Below are positions 35,899 through 45,975 of a DNA stretch of 64,000 bases, one piece after another (position 1 is the stretch's first letter; each line of letters starts with the position of its first letter). The DNA is taken from NCBI GenBank assembly GCA_001896555.1, contig MPOS01000012.1:81195-145194 (forward strand). The letters run 5' to 3'. Both the position numbers and the translations under genes were made by a program. Source of the stretch: Candidatus Phosphitivorax anaerolimi (GTDB lineage: Bacteria > Desulfobacterota > Desulfomonilia > UBA1062). The notes beneath the pieces are model-generated. The model did not search any database and was not told the origin of the DNA. It saw only the letters and a list, made by a program, of their open reading frames with translations.

Positions 35899-37002
35899 AT
35901 GACGACAAAGATTGCTGTTCTAACCGGCGGAGGCGACTGTCCCGGATTGAACGGGGCGATCAAGTGGGTGGTGAAGACGGCATTGGATCCTCTCCTGGCA
36001 GAGCATCGCTCGATGAAATTCGAGGTGGTCGGTGTCCGAGAAGGATGGAAGGGGCTGGTGAACGTGAACCCGGACGATGAAGACAGCAAAAAACGTTATA
36101 TCGAGCCCCTGGACGAGGAGAAGGTCCGCACATGGGACCGCTATGGCGGAACAAACCTGGGGACCTCGCGTACCAATCCATTCAATCCCAAGAACGACCG
36201 CTCGGACATCGTGATCGAAAATATCCGGAAGCTGGGTATCGACGTGGTGGTGGCCATCGGCGGCGAAGATACCCTGGGCGTTGCCTACAAGCTCTATAAG
36301 CGGGGAATCAAGACCGTCGGCATCCCCAAGACCATTGACGGCGATCTGGTGGGTACCGACTATTCCCTTGGCTACGACTCGGCGCTGAATGTCATCACCG
36401 AAGAGATCGACCGGCTCCGGACCACGGCCGGGTCGCACAACCGGATCTTCGTGGTGGAGACCATGGGCAGGCACGCGGGATGGCTCGCCCTGCAGGGCGG
36501 GGAGAGCAGCGGAGCATACATCATCCTCATCCCCGAATATCCCTTCGAGCTGGAGCGGGTGTTCGACCTCCTGCAGGTGAGAAAGGGCCGCGAGGTGCAG
36601 TACAGCATCGTAGTGGTTTCCGAAGGCGCCTGCCTCAAGGGTGAGGGCGAATTCTGCAAGGATGAAATGCTGGATGATTTCGGGCACAGGACCTTAGGGG
36701 GAATCGCGGCGTTCCTCTCCGACCAGATCCAGCGCAACACCGGCTTCGAGTCCAGGTACGTCATCCTAAGCCATCTCCAGCGCGGAGGGGTCCCTTCCGC
36801 CCGCGACAGGCTCATGGCCCGGTGGTTCGGCATCGCCGCGGTGGACATGATCGTGAGCGAGGATTTCGGGAGGATGGTGAGCTATTCCCACGGTGAGATC
36901 ACCTCGGTGCCCATGAAGGAGATCATCAACCGGATCAAGACCGTGGACGTGGACAAGTATTACGACAAGGAACGCTATAACGGGAAGCGGACCATCCTGT
37001 AG
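35899..37002 (+). CDS. 6-phosphofructokinase, probably pyrophosphate-dependent
   Basis: LTGGGDCPGLNGAIK, IGGEDTLGVA, IPKTIDGDL and VVETMGRHAGW. The Asp in GGEDT and the Lys in PKTID sit at the positions known to distinguish PPi- from ATP-dependent enzymes. Confidence 0.85.
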   Translation: MTTKIAVLTGGGDCPGLNGAIKWVVKTALDPLLAEHRSMKFEVVGVREGWKGLVNVNPDDEDSKKRYIEPLDEEKVRTWDRYGGTNLGTSRTNPFNPKNDRSDIVIENIRKLGIDVVVAIGGEDTLGVAYKLYKRGIKTVGIPKTIDGDLVGTDYSLGYDSALNVITEEIDRLRTTAGSHNRIFVVETMGRHAGWLALQGGESSGAYIILIPEYPFELERVFDLLQVRKGREVQYSIVVVSEGACLKGEGEFCKDEMLDDFGHRTLGGIAAFLSDQIQRNTGFESRYVILSHLQRGGVPSARDRLMARWFGIAAVDMIVSEDFGRMVSYSHGEITSVPMKEIINRIKTVDVDKYYDKERYNGKRTIL

Positions 37003-37204
37003 CCGGACCGCCCCTTGATACGGGTCTGATCCTCCTTCCGGGCTCGCTGTGTGAGGACTCGAAAAACGAAGGGCCGGATTTTTCAGCCGGGCTTAGCGCA
37101 GAATGGGGACCAAAGGGATTGCCCTCTCAAGGCCCGTATCATTTAAGAGCCCTCCAGAGCCTTTTTCCCCCAGGCGATGCGCAAAAAGAAAAGCACCTTC
37201 CGGT

Positions 37205-37972
37205 TCAGCGGCCAAGGCGGAAATCCATGAGGTTGAGCCCCAGGTCGATATCCTTCTTCAGGAGCATGAGCCTCCGGAATAGGAATGCGTCGTCCTTGCG
37301 CTCTTCGATGATCCGGCCCAGCCTGCCTCCGATCAGGGAAGCACTCGAGATGATGTTGTCCAGGGTGCCGTATTCCTGCAGGAGCCTGGCAGCGGTTTTT
37401 CTGCCAACGGACGGGATGCCCGGGATGCTGTTCGTGGGGTCTCCAGCCAGGGCGAAGAGGTCGGCGAGCTGGGTGCTGTGAACCTGGAACTTCTCGAACA
37501 CATAGGCTTGGTCAAGCTCCCTTTTCCCAAAGTGGTCTCTGACGCGGATGCGGTCCGAGAGAAGCTGCAGAAAGATCTTGTCCGTGGAGAGAATGGTCGT
37601 ACGGAGCTTTCCGGCCTCGATCTTCACAGCAAGCGTCGCGATGATGTCATCCGCCTCCACACAATCCACCTCGATGGAGCGCACCCCCATGCCGAGAAAC
37701 GCCGCTCTGATCATGGGGAGGCTCTCTTCGAGGTCAACGGGCATGGGTGCCCGGCCTGCCTTGTATCCGGGATACAACGCTGCCCTGAAACTGGGCCCCT
37801 TCCCCTCGAACACGCACACCGCATGGCTGGGGGCGCGTTCGTTCAACGCGCGCGTAAGCGACTGCACGCAGGCGTCCACGGAAGAGCCGCTTCCCCCTGC
37901 ATGGTCCCTCCGTGCCGCATCCACTCTGCGGATGAGGTTCAGGGCGTCGATGATCAGGACATGGATGCTCAT
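37205..37972 (-). CDS. xni: Flap endonuclease Xni (5'-3' exonuclease family)
   Basis: VLIIDALNLIRRV marks the PIN-like N-domain. The H3TH block is IPGIPSVGRKTAARLLQEYGTLDNI. 255 aa. Confidence 0.8.
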   Translation of the reverse strand: MSIHVLIIDALNLIRRVDAARRDHAGGSGSSVDACVQSLTRALNERAPSHAVCVFEGKGPSFRAALYPGYKAGRAPMPVDLEESLPMIRAAFLGMGVRSIEVDCVEADDIIATLAVKIEAGKLRTTILSTDKIFLQLLSDRIRVRDHFGKRELDQAYVFEKFQVHSTQLADLFALAGDPTNSIPGIPSVGRKTAARLLQEYGTLDNIISSASLIGGRLGRIIEERKDDAFLFRRLMLLKKDIDLGLNLMDFRLGR

Positions 37973-39309
37973 GGTGCGCTCGCCTCCTGATCGGGTGCAG
38001 AGAGGCGGGCCGCCTCCCGTCTGCCTTCTTCCTCGTCGACAAAGAGCAGGAGGATGCCTCCCGAGAGGAAGAGGACTGCCAGAGACACGATGCTGAGCCT
38101 GCTGGCCAGGGTCCCGCCTGCCCCCATGGACCTGGCAAGAAGGCCGGTCAGCCCCACGAGCACCGGTCCGACGATGGCGGCAAACTTGCCCAGCATGTTG
38201 TAGAACCCGAAATACTCAGCCGACCTGTCTTTTGGGATGATGCGGGAATAGAAGGACCGCGACAGGGCTTGGACGCCGCCCTGCACAAAACCGATGATGA
38301 TTGCCAGGGCATAGAACTCTGCCTTGCTCTGGATAAAGGCCCCCCAGACCGAGACGAAGAGATAGACCCCGATGGCTGCCAGGATTGCCCGCTTTGCGCC
38401 GATTTTCTGCCCGAGCAGGCCGAAGGCTACAGCGCAGGGGAAGCCCACGAACTGGGTGATGAGCAGTGCAAGGATGAGATCACCCGCCTGAAACCCTAAA
38501 GAGAGCCCGTAATCCACGGCCATCCTGATGATCGTGTCCACGCCGTCGATGTAGAGCCAGTATGCAGCGAGGAAAAGGAAGATCACCCTGAGGTGTCTGA
38601 TCTCCCGGAAGGTGTGTCCGAGCTGCTTGATCCCCTCCCTGACCATGCCCGCGCCACGCGCGGCCTTGCCGGGAGCAGAGGGCTCCCTCACGAACATCAT
38701 GAGCGGCACGGCGAAGAGGGCCCACCATATGCCCACGCTCAGGAATGAAAAGCGCACGGCCTGGGCGGAATCAGCGAAGCCGAAAAAGGACGGACGCAGC
38801 GTCATCCACACATTGAGGGCGAAGAGCACGCCCCCGCCCAGGTATCCCAGGGCAAAGCCCAGTGCTGAAACGAAATGCTCCCGGTTTTTCGGGGCGACCC
38901 CGGGAAGGAGGGAATCGTAGAAGACATTGCCGCCGGAAAACCCGATGGACGCGATGACATAAAGCCACACTGCGCTCACCCAGGCGCCCGCCGAGATAAG
39001 GGCCATGGCCGATGTGGCGACCATGCCCATCAGGGCGAAGAAGATCAGGAAGCGCTTGCGCGAGGTGCCGCGGTCTGCAATCGCACCCAGAACCGGCGCG
39101 CCAAGGGCAATGACCACACCGGCAAGCGAGTTGGCCAGACCGAGCCGTGCCGTGCTCACCGCCGTATCCACGCCCGCGCTCCAATACTGTTTGAAGAAGA
39201 GGGGAAAGAAGCCTGCGATGACAGTGGTGGCAAACGCCGAGTTGGCCCAGTCATACAGCGCCCAGGAAATCACGGACTTTTTCTCGGAAACGTTCACTCG
39301 CCACCTCAT
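37969..39309 (-). CDS. MFS transporter, UMF1/Atg22-like family
   Basis: VISWALYDWANSAFATTVIAGFFPLFFKQYW is the family-typical N-terminus, and there are about 12 TM segments. The stop overlaps the xni start by 4 nt. The start (ATG 39309 versus TTG 39330) is uncertain. Confidence 0.75.
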   Translation of the reverse strand: MRWRVNVSEKKSVISWALYDWANSAFATTVIAGFFPLFFKQYWSAGVDTAVSTARLGLANSLAGVVIALGAPVLGAIADRGTSRKRFLIFFALMGMVATSAMALISAGAWVSAVWLYVIASIGFSGGNVFYDSLLPGVAPKNREHFVSALGFALGYLGGGVLFALNVWMTLRPSFFGFADSAQAVRFSFLSVGIWWALFAVPLMMFVREPSAPGKAARGAGMVREGIKQLGHTFREIRHLRVIFLFLAAYWLYIDGVDTIIRMAVDYGLSLGFQAGDLILALLITQFVGFPCAVAFGLLGQKIGAKRAILAAIGVYLFVSVWGAFIQSKAEFYALAIIIGFVQGGVQALSRSFYSRIIPKDRSAEYFGFYNMLGKFAAIVGPVLVGLTGLLARSMGAGGTLASRLSIVSLAVLFLSGGILLLFVDEEEGRREAARLSAPDQEASAP

Positions 39310-39495
39310 CAGACCGGGAGCGTACCGCAATACTTCGTTCCCGTAAAGGCCCCAAGCGACTAGCCGTATCCCGATCCCAACCCGCCGGGCGCTGTGATAC
39401 TTACACCCGTGAAAACCGGTGCGATGCCCGTTCCTCCGAAAAAGGGCGCCTCAAGAATGCACACCCTCCTTCCCCGGCGCAGAAGCACTCCTTGA

Positions 39496-40077
39496 TCAGG
39501 GGGCCGTGGTCACCACCGAGGCCTTGTTGATTACGATGGGCTCCGAGGGAACATCGGTGTACATCCCGTATGTCGTGGTAGGCGACGACTCGATAGCATC
39601 CACTACGTCCATACCTTCCACCACACGTCCGAACACGCAGTATCCCCATCCGCTCAAGGTCTTCGAGCTGTGGTTGAGAAATGCATTGTCAACCGTGTTG
39701 ATGAAGAACTGGGAAGTGGCTGAGTGGGGGTCCTGGGTGCGTGCCATGGCAATGCTGCCCCGGACGTTCTTCAAGGAATTGTCCGCCTCGTTCGGGATGG
39801 GGACCCCGGTCGGCTTCTGAGTCATGTTTTCGGTGAGCCCTCCACCCTGGATCATGAAGCCTTTGATCACCCGGTGAAAGATGGTGCCTTCGTAGAATCC
39901 CGACTCCACCAGCGAGAGGAAGTTGTCCACGGTCTTGGGCGCCTTTTCTCTGTCGAGCTCGAGCACGATGTTGCCCTTGGTGGTTTCGAGACGGACCACG
40001 GGCTTGCCGGAATCGGCAGCCGCCGGGGAAATGAGCCCGAAGAGCAGTATGGATGAGAAAATGGTCATCTTTTTCAC
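39496..40077 (-). CDS. Periplasmic cyclophilin-type peptidyl-prolyl isomerase
   Basis: A signal peptide is followed by GTIFHRVIKGFMIQGGG, SIAMARTQDPHSATSQFFIN and GYCVFGRVVEGMDVVD. GTG start with GGAGG upstream. Confidence 0.88.
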   Translation of the reverse strand: MKKMTIFSSILLFGLISPAAADSGKPVVRLETTKGNIVLELDREKAPKTVDNFLSLVESGFYEGTIFHRVIKGFMIQGGGLTENMTQKPTGVPIPNEADNSLKNVRGSIAMARTQDPHSATSQFFINTVDNAFLNHSSKTLSGWGYCVFGRVVEGMDVVDAIESSPTTTYGMYTDVPSEPIVINKASVVTTAP

Positions 40078-40225
40078 AACGGCCTCCTTTTCTTATGCGA
40101 CTATGAACGTATGAACAACCCTTCTCATATTTTCACCATGCCCATCAAGGACAAATACGCCTTGGAGGCAGACTGAAACAGGGTGAAGAAGGGGTTTCAC
40201 ACCCGCAGGACCGGCCGGGGCCTTT

Positions 40226-40714
40226 TCACGGTGCGAAGAGCCCCTTTCTCACGAGCCAGTCGCGCACCGCAGGCCCGGTGCCAATGGGCCAGGGAACCAG
40301 CTTCTTGGGAGCCACCCGGCGGAATGCTTCCAGCTCGTCACCCAGGGAGATCTCTCCCCGGGCTGAAACGTGGTACACAAGGAGAAGCTGGTTCATCTCG
40401 AAAAAAGAATAGACCCCGATGAAATCCTCGATCTTCCCCTCCAGGCCCAGTTCTTCCCTGACCTCTCGTAAGACCGCATCGGCGGGTGATTCTCCCCTTT
40501 CGAGAAAGCCCGATACCAAGCCGAACATTTTCTCAGGCCACCCTTTGTTGCGCACCAGGACGACCTGTTTATCGTTCTCTACCACAGCGGCGACAACCGG
40601 GACCGGATTGTCCCAGAACACATAACCGCACCCGCCGGAAGGGCATGCCTTCTTGAGCCTTCCCTCGATGCTTTTCTCCGTAAGTCTGGTCCCGCATTTC
40701 GGACAGAAGTTCAT
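40226..40714 (-). CDS. NUDIX hydrolase with N-terminal zinc ribbon
   Basis: MNFCPKCGTRL...CPSGGCGY is a 4-Cys ribbon. The Nudix box is GFLERGESPADAVLREVREELGL. Confidence 0.85.
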   Translation of the reverse strand: MNFCPKCGTRLTEKSIEGRLKKACPSGGCGYVFWDNPVPVVAAVVENDKQVVLVRNKGWPEKMFGLVSGFLERGESPADAVLREVREELGLEGKIEDFIGVYSFFEMNQLLLVYHVSARGEISLGDELEAFRRVAPKKLVPWPIGTGPAVRDWLVRKGLFAP

Positions 40715-41027
40715 ATGCCTTGCCTCCTTAACAAGGGTACGCTTGAGATGATGCCCTTATTAAAGCTTCGCTTAAGCGGCATTCCTGCTCTCGTCGCCGT
40801 CGGCGGGAAGGCTGAGACGGCCGGGGCTGGATACCTCGGAATATCTCTTATTTCCCGCATAGTGGCTTCATTGTATATCCAAGGAATTCATGTTTCCAGC
40901 TTTTTCCACTGCGAAGGGTGCCGGGCGTTCTGCGATCTCATGGATGAGACAGGATATTTTCCTGTTTCCAAGTCACTCTTGCCGGTGATATGACATCAGG
41001 ACCAATCGACCAAGGGGTAGACTCACC

Positions 41028-41972
41028 ATGAACCGGAAAACAGCCCTGCTTCCCGTAATAAGCCTTGTCCTGTCAATGATACTCTGGGCCAGCGCTTTCA
41101 TCGCAACGAAGCTCGCCTTTCAGGTGTATGATCCCATGGTCGTGATCTTCGGAAGAATGGCGGTGGGAAGCCTTGCCTCTCTGGTTTTTTTCAGGGCCAT
41201 GAAGGGCAATGTGTGGCGAAAAGGGGACCTGAAGTATCTCGCGTTCATGATCCTGTGCGAGCCCTGTCTGTACTTTCTCTTCGAGGCCAAGGCCCTGGAG
41301 AACACCTCGGCGTCACAGGCCGGGATGATCACCGCGATACTGCCGCTCATGGTAGCCGTGGCGGCATCGGTGTTTCTCCGCGAGCGGGTGACGCGCAAGA
41401 CCCTGGCCGGTTTTATTGTCGCGATCTCAGGGGTAGTCCTGCTCAGCACCGGCGGCGCACCGTCAGAGCAGGCCCCTCATCCGGCATGGGGGAATTTTCT
41501 TGAGGTTCTGGCCATGACCTGCGCAGCGGCGTACACCGTCATCCTCAAAAAGCTCACCGAGCGCTATCGTCCCTTTTTCCTCACCGCCCTCCAGGCGTAT
41601 GCCGGCAGTGTGTTTTACCTGCCCGTTCTGCTGATGCCGGGGACCTCTCTGCCCACGGAAATCGTCCCTGTTCCGTTTTTCAGCATCCTCTATCTCGGGG
41701 TCTTTGTCACCCTGGGCGCGTACGGACTCTACAACTTCGGGGTGAGCCGTGTCCCTGCGAGCCAGGCATCGGCATTCATGAATCTCATCCCCGTGTTCAC
41801 CGTGTTTCTGGGATGGCTGATTCTCGGGGAGAAGTTCACCCCCATGCAGTATTTGGCTTCGTCCCTGGTCTTTGCCGGCGTTTTCTTAAGCCAGGGCCGG
41901 CTTTCCGAAACAGCCGTTCCACCCGGACCCGGCCGGGAACGGCCGGTAGACACACCGCTCCAAGCCCCCTGA
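41028..41972 (+). CDS. DMT-superfamily transporter (EamA family)
   Basis: 10 predicted TM segments in two EamA-like halves. Typical WASAFIATKLA and LGEKFTPMQYL blocks are present. Confidence 0.8.
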   Translation: MNRKTALLPVISLVLSMILWASAFIATKLAFQVYDPMVVIFGRMAVGSLASLVFFRAMKGNVWRKGDLKYLAFMILCEPCLYFLFEAKALENTSASQAGMITAILPLMVAVAASVFLRERVTRKTLAGFIVAISGVVLLSTGGAPSEQAPHPAWGNFLEVLAMTCAAAYTVILKKLTERYRPFFLTALQAYAGSVFYLPVLLMPGTSLPTEIVPVPFFSILYLGVFVTLGAYGLYNFGVSRVPASQASAFMNLIPVFTVFLGWLILGEKFTPMQYLASSLVFAGVFLSQGRLSETAVPPGPGRERPVDTPLQAP

Positions 41973-41978
41973 AAAGGA

Positions 41979-41995
41979 CCCGGTTTTAGACCGGG
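41979..41995 (-). terminator. Candidate intrinsic terminator between convergent genes
   Basis: The hairpin is CCCGGT-TTTAG-ACCGGG. On the minus strand it is followed by TCCTTTTCA. It lies between the EamA stop (41972) and the MBL-hydrolase stop (42023). Confidence 0.35.
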
Positions 41996-42022
41996 AGCAG
42001 GTCATGCCCGGTGCCGCCGGGC

Positions 42023-42841
42023 CTAAAACCGCATCACCTCGTTGGTCTTGGGGATGCGGATCACTGCGCCGGGCGAATATTTGTGGACGCGTTCAACAAA
42101 GCCTTGAAGATCGATGGAGGGAAGCATGCGGATTTTCCCGGACCTGGGCATGCGGCGGGTGAAGTCGTCGAAATGGAACGGAATGATCACCTCGGGCCTG
42201 AGGATATTCACCATGCGGGTGGTATATTCGGGCATGCTCTTCCAGCCGGGCACGCACATGAAGAGCACATCGCACCGGTGGCCGTCGAGCTCGGACTCGA
42301 TGAAGCCGGCGCTGCCTGAATGAATCAGGGTGATGTCTCCCACTTCGATCTTGGGCATGAACATGGCTCCGAGCCGGTACTGGCTCGCCTTGAGCGGCAA
42401 TGTCCCTAACGGGTCGATCTCGCCCGGGTAGGGCGTCCTTCCCAGTAAGACGCGCCCGTGCCGTGAGGGGATCATCTGCAACCTGATGTCATCGTCGAGA
42501 TCGATTCGTTCGTTGCCGGAGCAGATGGTCACCTCGGCCGATACCCCGGAGATGTCCAGAAGGGTTTTCAGACTGCTGCTCCCCACTGCCCTGCAGCCCA
42601 GTGAGCGGACGATCTCGGGGACATCGAGGACATGGTCGAAGTGGGTGTGCCCGCAGATCACCGCTGAAACCCTTCCGGCAAGCCTTGCCGTGAAGGAATT
42701 GACGAGATCGGGGGCGGGGGCGATGCGGCTGAAAAGGATTTTGAATATGCCCGGTCTGGAGAGATAGGGATCGATCAGGATGACTTTCGAGTTTATTTCC
42801 AGTTCGAGTCCTGCACAGCCGAGCCATCGAACCTCGAGCAT
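42023..42841 (-). CDS. MBL-fold metallo-hydrolase
   Basis: ATG 42841 has AAAGGAGG upstream. The metal motif is VICGHTHFDH. LIDPYLS and HSGSAG blocks are present. Confidence 0.7.
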   Translation of the reverse strand: MLEVRWLGCAGLELEINSKVILIDPYLSRPGIFKILFSRIAPAPDLVNSFTARLAGRVSAVICGHTHFDHVLDVPEIVRSLGCRAVGSSSLKTLLDISGVSAEVTICSGNERIDLDDDIRLQMIPSRHGRVLLGRTPYPGEIDPLGTLPLKASQYRLGAMFMPKIEVGDITLIHSGSAGFIESELDGHRCDVLFMCVPGWKSMPEYTTRMVNILRPEVIIPFHFDDFTRRMPRSGKIRMLPSIDLQGFVERVHKYSPGAVIRIPKTNEVMRF

Positions 42842-42964
42842 GGAGATCCTCCTTTCAATGGCCGGCCGGAGCCGTTTCGTGCGAAGTAGCGGCAGACGCA
42901 AACTTCCACTGTTTCCTCGATCGATCCATCACGCTCTCCCAGCCGCGATCGGCGGTGTGCACTG

Positions 42965-43495
42965 CTAGATAATTGAATACGACTCAGTCCCGGAGATGGC
43001 AAGTACCTCCCCAAAGTACATTCTGTGGTAGTCCTTGAGGGGATAGTGCTCCTCGATGGAGGGGTCCAGGAAATGGCTGGGCTTGAAGTCGTCCCAGTAG
43101 ATCTTCTTGAGCTCCACGATGAGCTGAGCCTCGGCAAAACCCGGCGCAGCGATCTTGGAGGAGGGTATAGGGGTCAGCCCTGCCGCGGATATCTTGTCTC
43201 CGTCTCTGCCCGAGCGGCTGCCAAGAATCTTCAGTGAATCACGATATTTTTTCCCCAGGGCGCACAGGGTGAAGGTGTCGTACTGCTCCATGAACTGATA
43301 GGTATACCTGGTCGGGCGGACCACCACCTGAGCCATGGGGACATTCCACATGGTTCCGAAGCTTCCCCACCCCACGGTCATCGAGTTGAATTCGCCCGAT
43401 TTGAAATCACCGCAGGTAAGTACGAGCCATTGGCGCGACCATATGGTGTGGGCCTGGATAAGGAGCTCCGAAAAAGGGATGGGTTTTCTCTTCAT
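42965..43495 (-). CDS. Flavin reductase-like (FMN-binding split-barrel) protein
   Basis: ATG 43495 has GGGAGG upstream. WLVLTCGD..EFNSMTVGWGSFGTMWNVPMAQVVVRPTRYT fits the flavin-reductase-like domain. Confidence 0.65.
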   Translation of the reverse strand: MKRKPIPFSELLIQAHTIWSRQWLVLTCGDFKSGEFNSMTVGWGSFGTMWNVPMAQVVVRPTRYTYQFMEQYDTFTLCALGKKYRDSLKILGSRSGRDGDKISAAGLTPIPSSKIAAPGFAEAQLIVELKKIYWDDFKPSHFLDPSIEEHYPLKDYHRMYFGEVLAISGTESYSII

Positions 43496-43765
43496 TGTGT
43501 AGCCTCCCGTCTTTGGTTTGATCTCTCGCTGCCGGGTTCGGCGCCGCACGGGGATTTTCCTCCGAAGGGGTCCGCGGTGAGGCATGGGGATATTCGCCCG
43601 GCCTTGAAAGACCCCGGTCCCCGCGTCTTTTGAGTGGAGGACCCCGGCTTAGAGCAGGGCCGTCCGGCGGGGATTATTCATAGCATGATTCGTTTCCCGG
43701 GTACAGGTGTACCTGTTGCCTGCCAAGCTTTTCTTCAGACAGGGAGATGATGCTCGGCAACCGGA

Positions 43766-44947
43766 TCATGGGCGGCGGCTGTCCGTCTTTTGGTAACAGG
43801 CGAGCCTGCCCCCCTGCTCGATCTCTCCCAGGCATCGATTGCACGAGGTGCAGCTCGCCCGATCGGCGGCTCCCTCCCGCCATTTCTTCGGCAGGTCGGG
43901 TTCTCTGACCAGGGGACGGGCCATCGAGACGAGGTCGGCAGCGCCGGAGAGAAGAGCCTGTTCGGCTCCATGGACGCTTCTCACGCCTCCCACGAGGATG
44001 AGCGGGATGGGGAGATCGGGTTTGAGCCTGGCGGCATATTCCTGGAAATAGTTCTCGCGAAAGGGCTGGAAAAACCTCATGAAGGCAAGGCACGACGAGA
44101 AGTATGCCCGTACGGGCAGCCTCTTGCCCCTGTTGATAATGGCGGAGGGTGCACCGCCCCTGCTCATTGCCAAGGGGTTTTCCAGGAGCCCGCCGCTGAT
44201 CTCCAGAGCGTCCAGACCGAGCCGTGCGAGCCTGCACGCCAGCGGAAAACTGCGTGCAGGAGTCAGTCCGAATGGGACGAAGTCGTGAATGTTCATCTTT
44301 GCCATGACCGGGAAATCGTCTCCCACCGCGGAGCGGACCGTGCGGAAGACCTCGGTGAGAAACCGGGACCTCCGCTCCGGGTCGCCTCCCCACTCGTCTC
44401 TGCGGCGGTTGGTCAGCGGCGAAAGAAAACCCGAGATGAGATACCCGTGGGCTGCATGGATCTGAACCGCATCGAACCCCGCCTCACGGGCCCTGCCGGC
44501 TGCTTCGCCGAAATCCCGGATGGTCCGGGTGATCTCGTCTGAGGTCATTTTTCGAGGCAGCGAGAAATAGACCAGGTTGGGAATCCGGGAGGGGGCCAGC
44601 AGGGTCTGCCCGTTACGGTCGGGCCTGCACTGCCTTCCTCCGTGAACGATCTGGAGGGCTATCCTGCTGCCGTGCTCGTGGACCGTATCTACAACCGGGC
44701 GCCAGCATTCGATCATGGCGTCGCTGTCTGCGCCGTGCTGGAAAGGATAGGAGCGACCTGACGGATGGACATAGGCATAACCGGTGATGATAAGGCCGGG
44801 CTCCCCCCGGGCCAGCCGTTTGTAGAAGTGAGCCGTCTGCCGGGTCGGCAGGCCGTCTGAGGTCGCCGTATTCTCCAGGGTTGCGGATTTCACCAGGCGG
44901 TTCGCCAGGCTGAGGCCGCCGATATTCACCTTCTCAAAGAGCTCCAT
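43766..44947 (-). CDS. NADH:flavin oxidoreductase (old yellow enzyme / 2,4-dienoyl-CoA-reductase-like TIM barrel)
   Basis: LANRLVKSAT, LQIVHGGRQ, VQIHAAHGYLISGFLSP and LVGGVRS. There is a C-terminal Cys cluster CTSCNRC. The start was trimmed to ATG 44947. Confidence 0.82.
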   Translation of the reverse strand: MELFEKVNIGGLSLANRLVKSATLENTATSDGLPTRQTAHFYKRLARGEPGLIITGYAYVHPSGRSYPFQHGADSDAMIECWRPVVDTVHEHGSRIALQIVHGGRQCRPDRNGQTLLAPSRIPNLVYFSLPRKMTSDEITRTIRDFGEAAGRAREAGFDAVQIHAAHGYLISGFLSPLTNRRRDEWGGDPERRSRFLTEVFRTVRSAVGDDFPVMAKMNIHDFVPFGLTPARSFPLACRLARLGLDALEISGGLLENPLAMSRGGAPSAIINRGKRLPVRAYFSSCLAFMRFFQPFRENYFQEYAARLKPDLPIPLILVGGVRSVHGAEQALLSGAADLVSMARPLVREPDLPKKWREGAADRASCTSCNRCLGEIEQGGRLACYQKTDSRRP

Positions 44948-45039
44948 GATTCCCCCCCCCTTTATGACAGATCCATGGCAGGAGAAGAGTCTAGTATCAT
45001 CGGCTCGTAGATGCAAGAGACAAACGGGCGAGAAAGCGG

Positions 45040-45954
45040 CTAGGAAAGGCCTTGAATCACCTCGTTCATCGCGGATGCGCACCGGTCCAGATCACTGCGT
45101 TCGCCGGGTTCGAGTTCGATATCGAGGATGCGGTATATGCCCCGGTGGCCGATGACGGCCGGCAGCGCGAGGGGGATTTTGTCATAGCCGTATTCTCCGG
45201 CGCATACGACACTGAGAGGAAATATCTCATGGCGATCGAGCACCATCGCCTTTACGATCCGGGAAACCACCTGAGAGGCTGCGTAGAATCCGCTGTGGTG
45301 CCGGAGCATATCCACGATGAGCGTGCCCGCTGCCCGGGTTCTTTGGCAGACGGTGTCAAGGGCCTCACTGCTCACAATTTCCCTGAGCGGGATGCCGCTG
45401 ACCGTGGCCCGGCTCACCAGCGGGACCATGTCATCGGTATGGGCGCCGATCACCATCCCCTGAACGCAGTCTGCAGAAACCCCTGCGGCCTCGGCGATGA
45501 AGTGCCTGAAACGGACCGTATCCAGAGAGCATCCCAGCCCGAAAACGTTCATGTCGGGTTGCAGGTTTTTGAGATACCAGGTGAGGACATCGACAGGATT
45601 GGTCACCACCAGCACCCTGGCATGGGGGCAGAACTTCATGATAAAGCCTGATATGCCGGTCATCACCTGGAGATTCTGCCTGAGGAGATCGAGGCGGGTC
45701 ATGCCGGAGTGCCGGGCAATGCCCGCAGTGATCACCACGATATCGGCACCGGAGAGCACCTCGGGGGAATGGCTCCCGGTCACCAGGCAGTCTGTATGCA
45801 TGACAGGGGATGCATGATTGATATCCATGGCACGGCCGGCAGCGATATTTTCTAGGATATCATAGAGATAGATATCTCCCAGTTTCTCTCCGGCCATGGC
45901 CGCGGCCGAGGATGCTCCCACATTGCCGGCACCAATCACCACAATCTTTTCCAT
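45040..45954 (-). CDS. L-2-hydroxyacid dehydrogenase of the LDH/MDH family (MDH-like specificity residue)
   Basis: The Rossmann start is KIVVIGAGNVG. The substrate loop GIARHSGMTRLDLL has Arg at the position that is Arg in MDH and Gln in LDH. The catalytic His is in VIGAHTDDMVPL. ATG 45954 has AAGGAGAG upstream; ATG 45972 is the alternative. Confidence 0.8.
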   Translation of the reverse strand: MEKIVVIGAGNVGASSAAAMAGEKLGDIYLYDILENIAAGRAMDINHASPVMHTDCLVTGSHSPEVLSGADIVVITAGIARHSGMTRLDLLRQNLQVMTGISGFIMKFCPHARVLVVTNPVDVLTWYLKNLQPDMNVFGLGCSLDTVRFRHFIAEAAGVSADCVQGMVIGAHTDDMVPLVSRATVSGIPLREIVSSEALDTVCQRTRAAGTLIVDMLRHHSGFYAASQVVSRIVKAMVLDRHEIFPLSVVCAGEYGYDKIPLALPAVIGHRGIYRILDIELEPGERSDLDRCASAMNEVIQGLS

Positions 45955-45975
45955 CAGCAATCTCTCCTTCATCTT

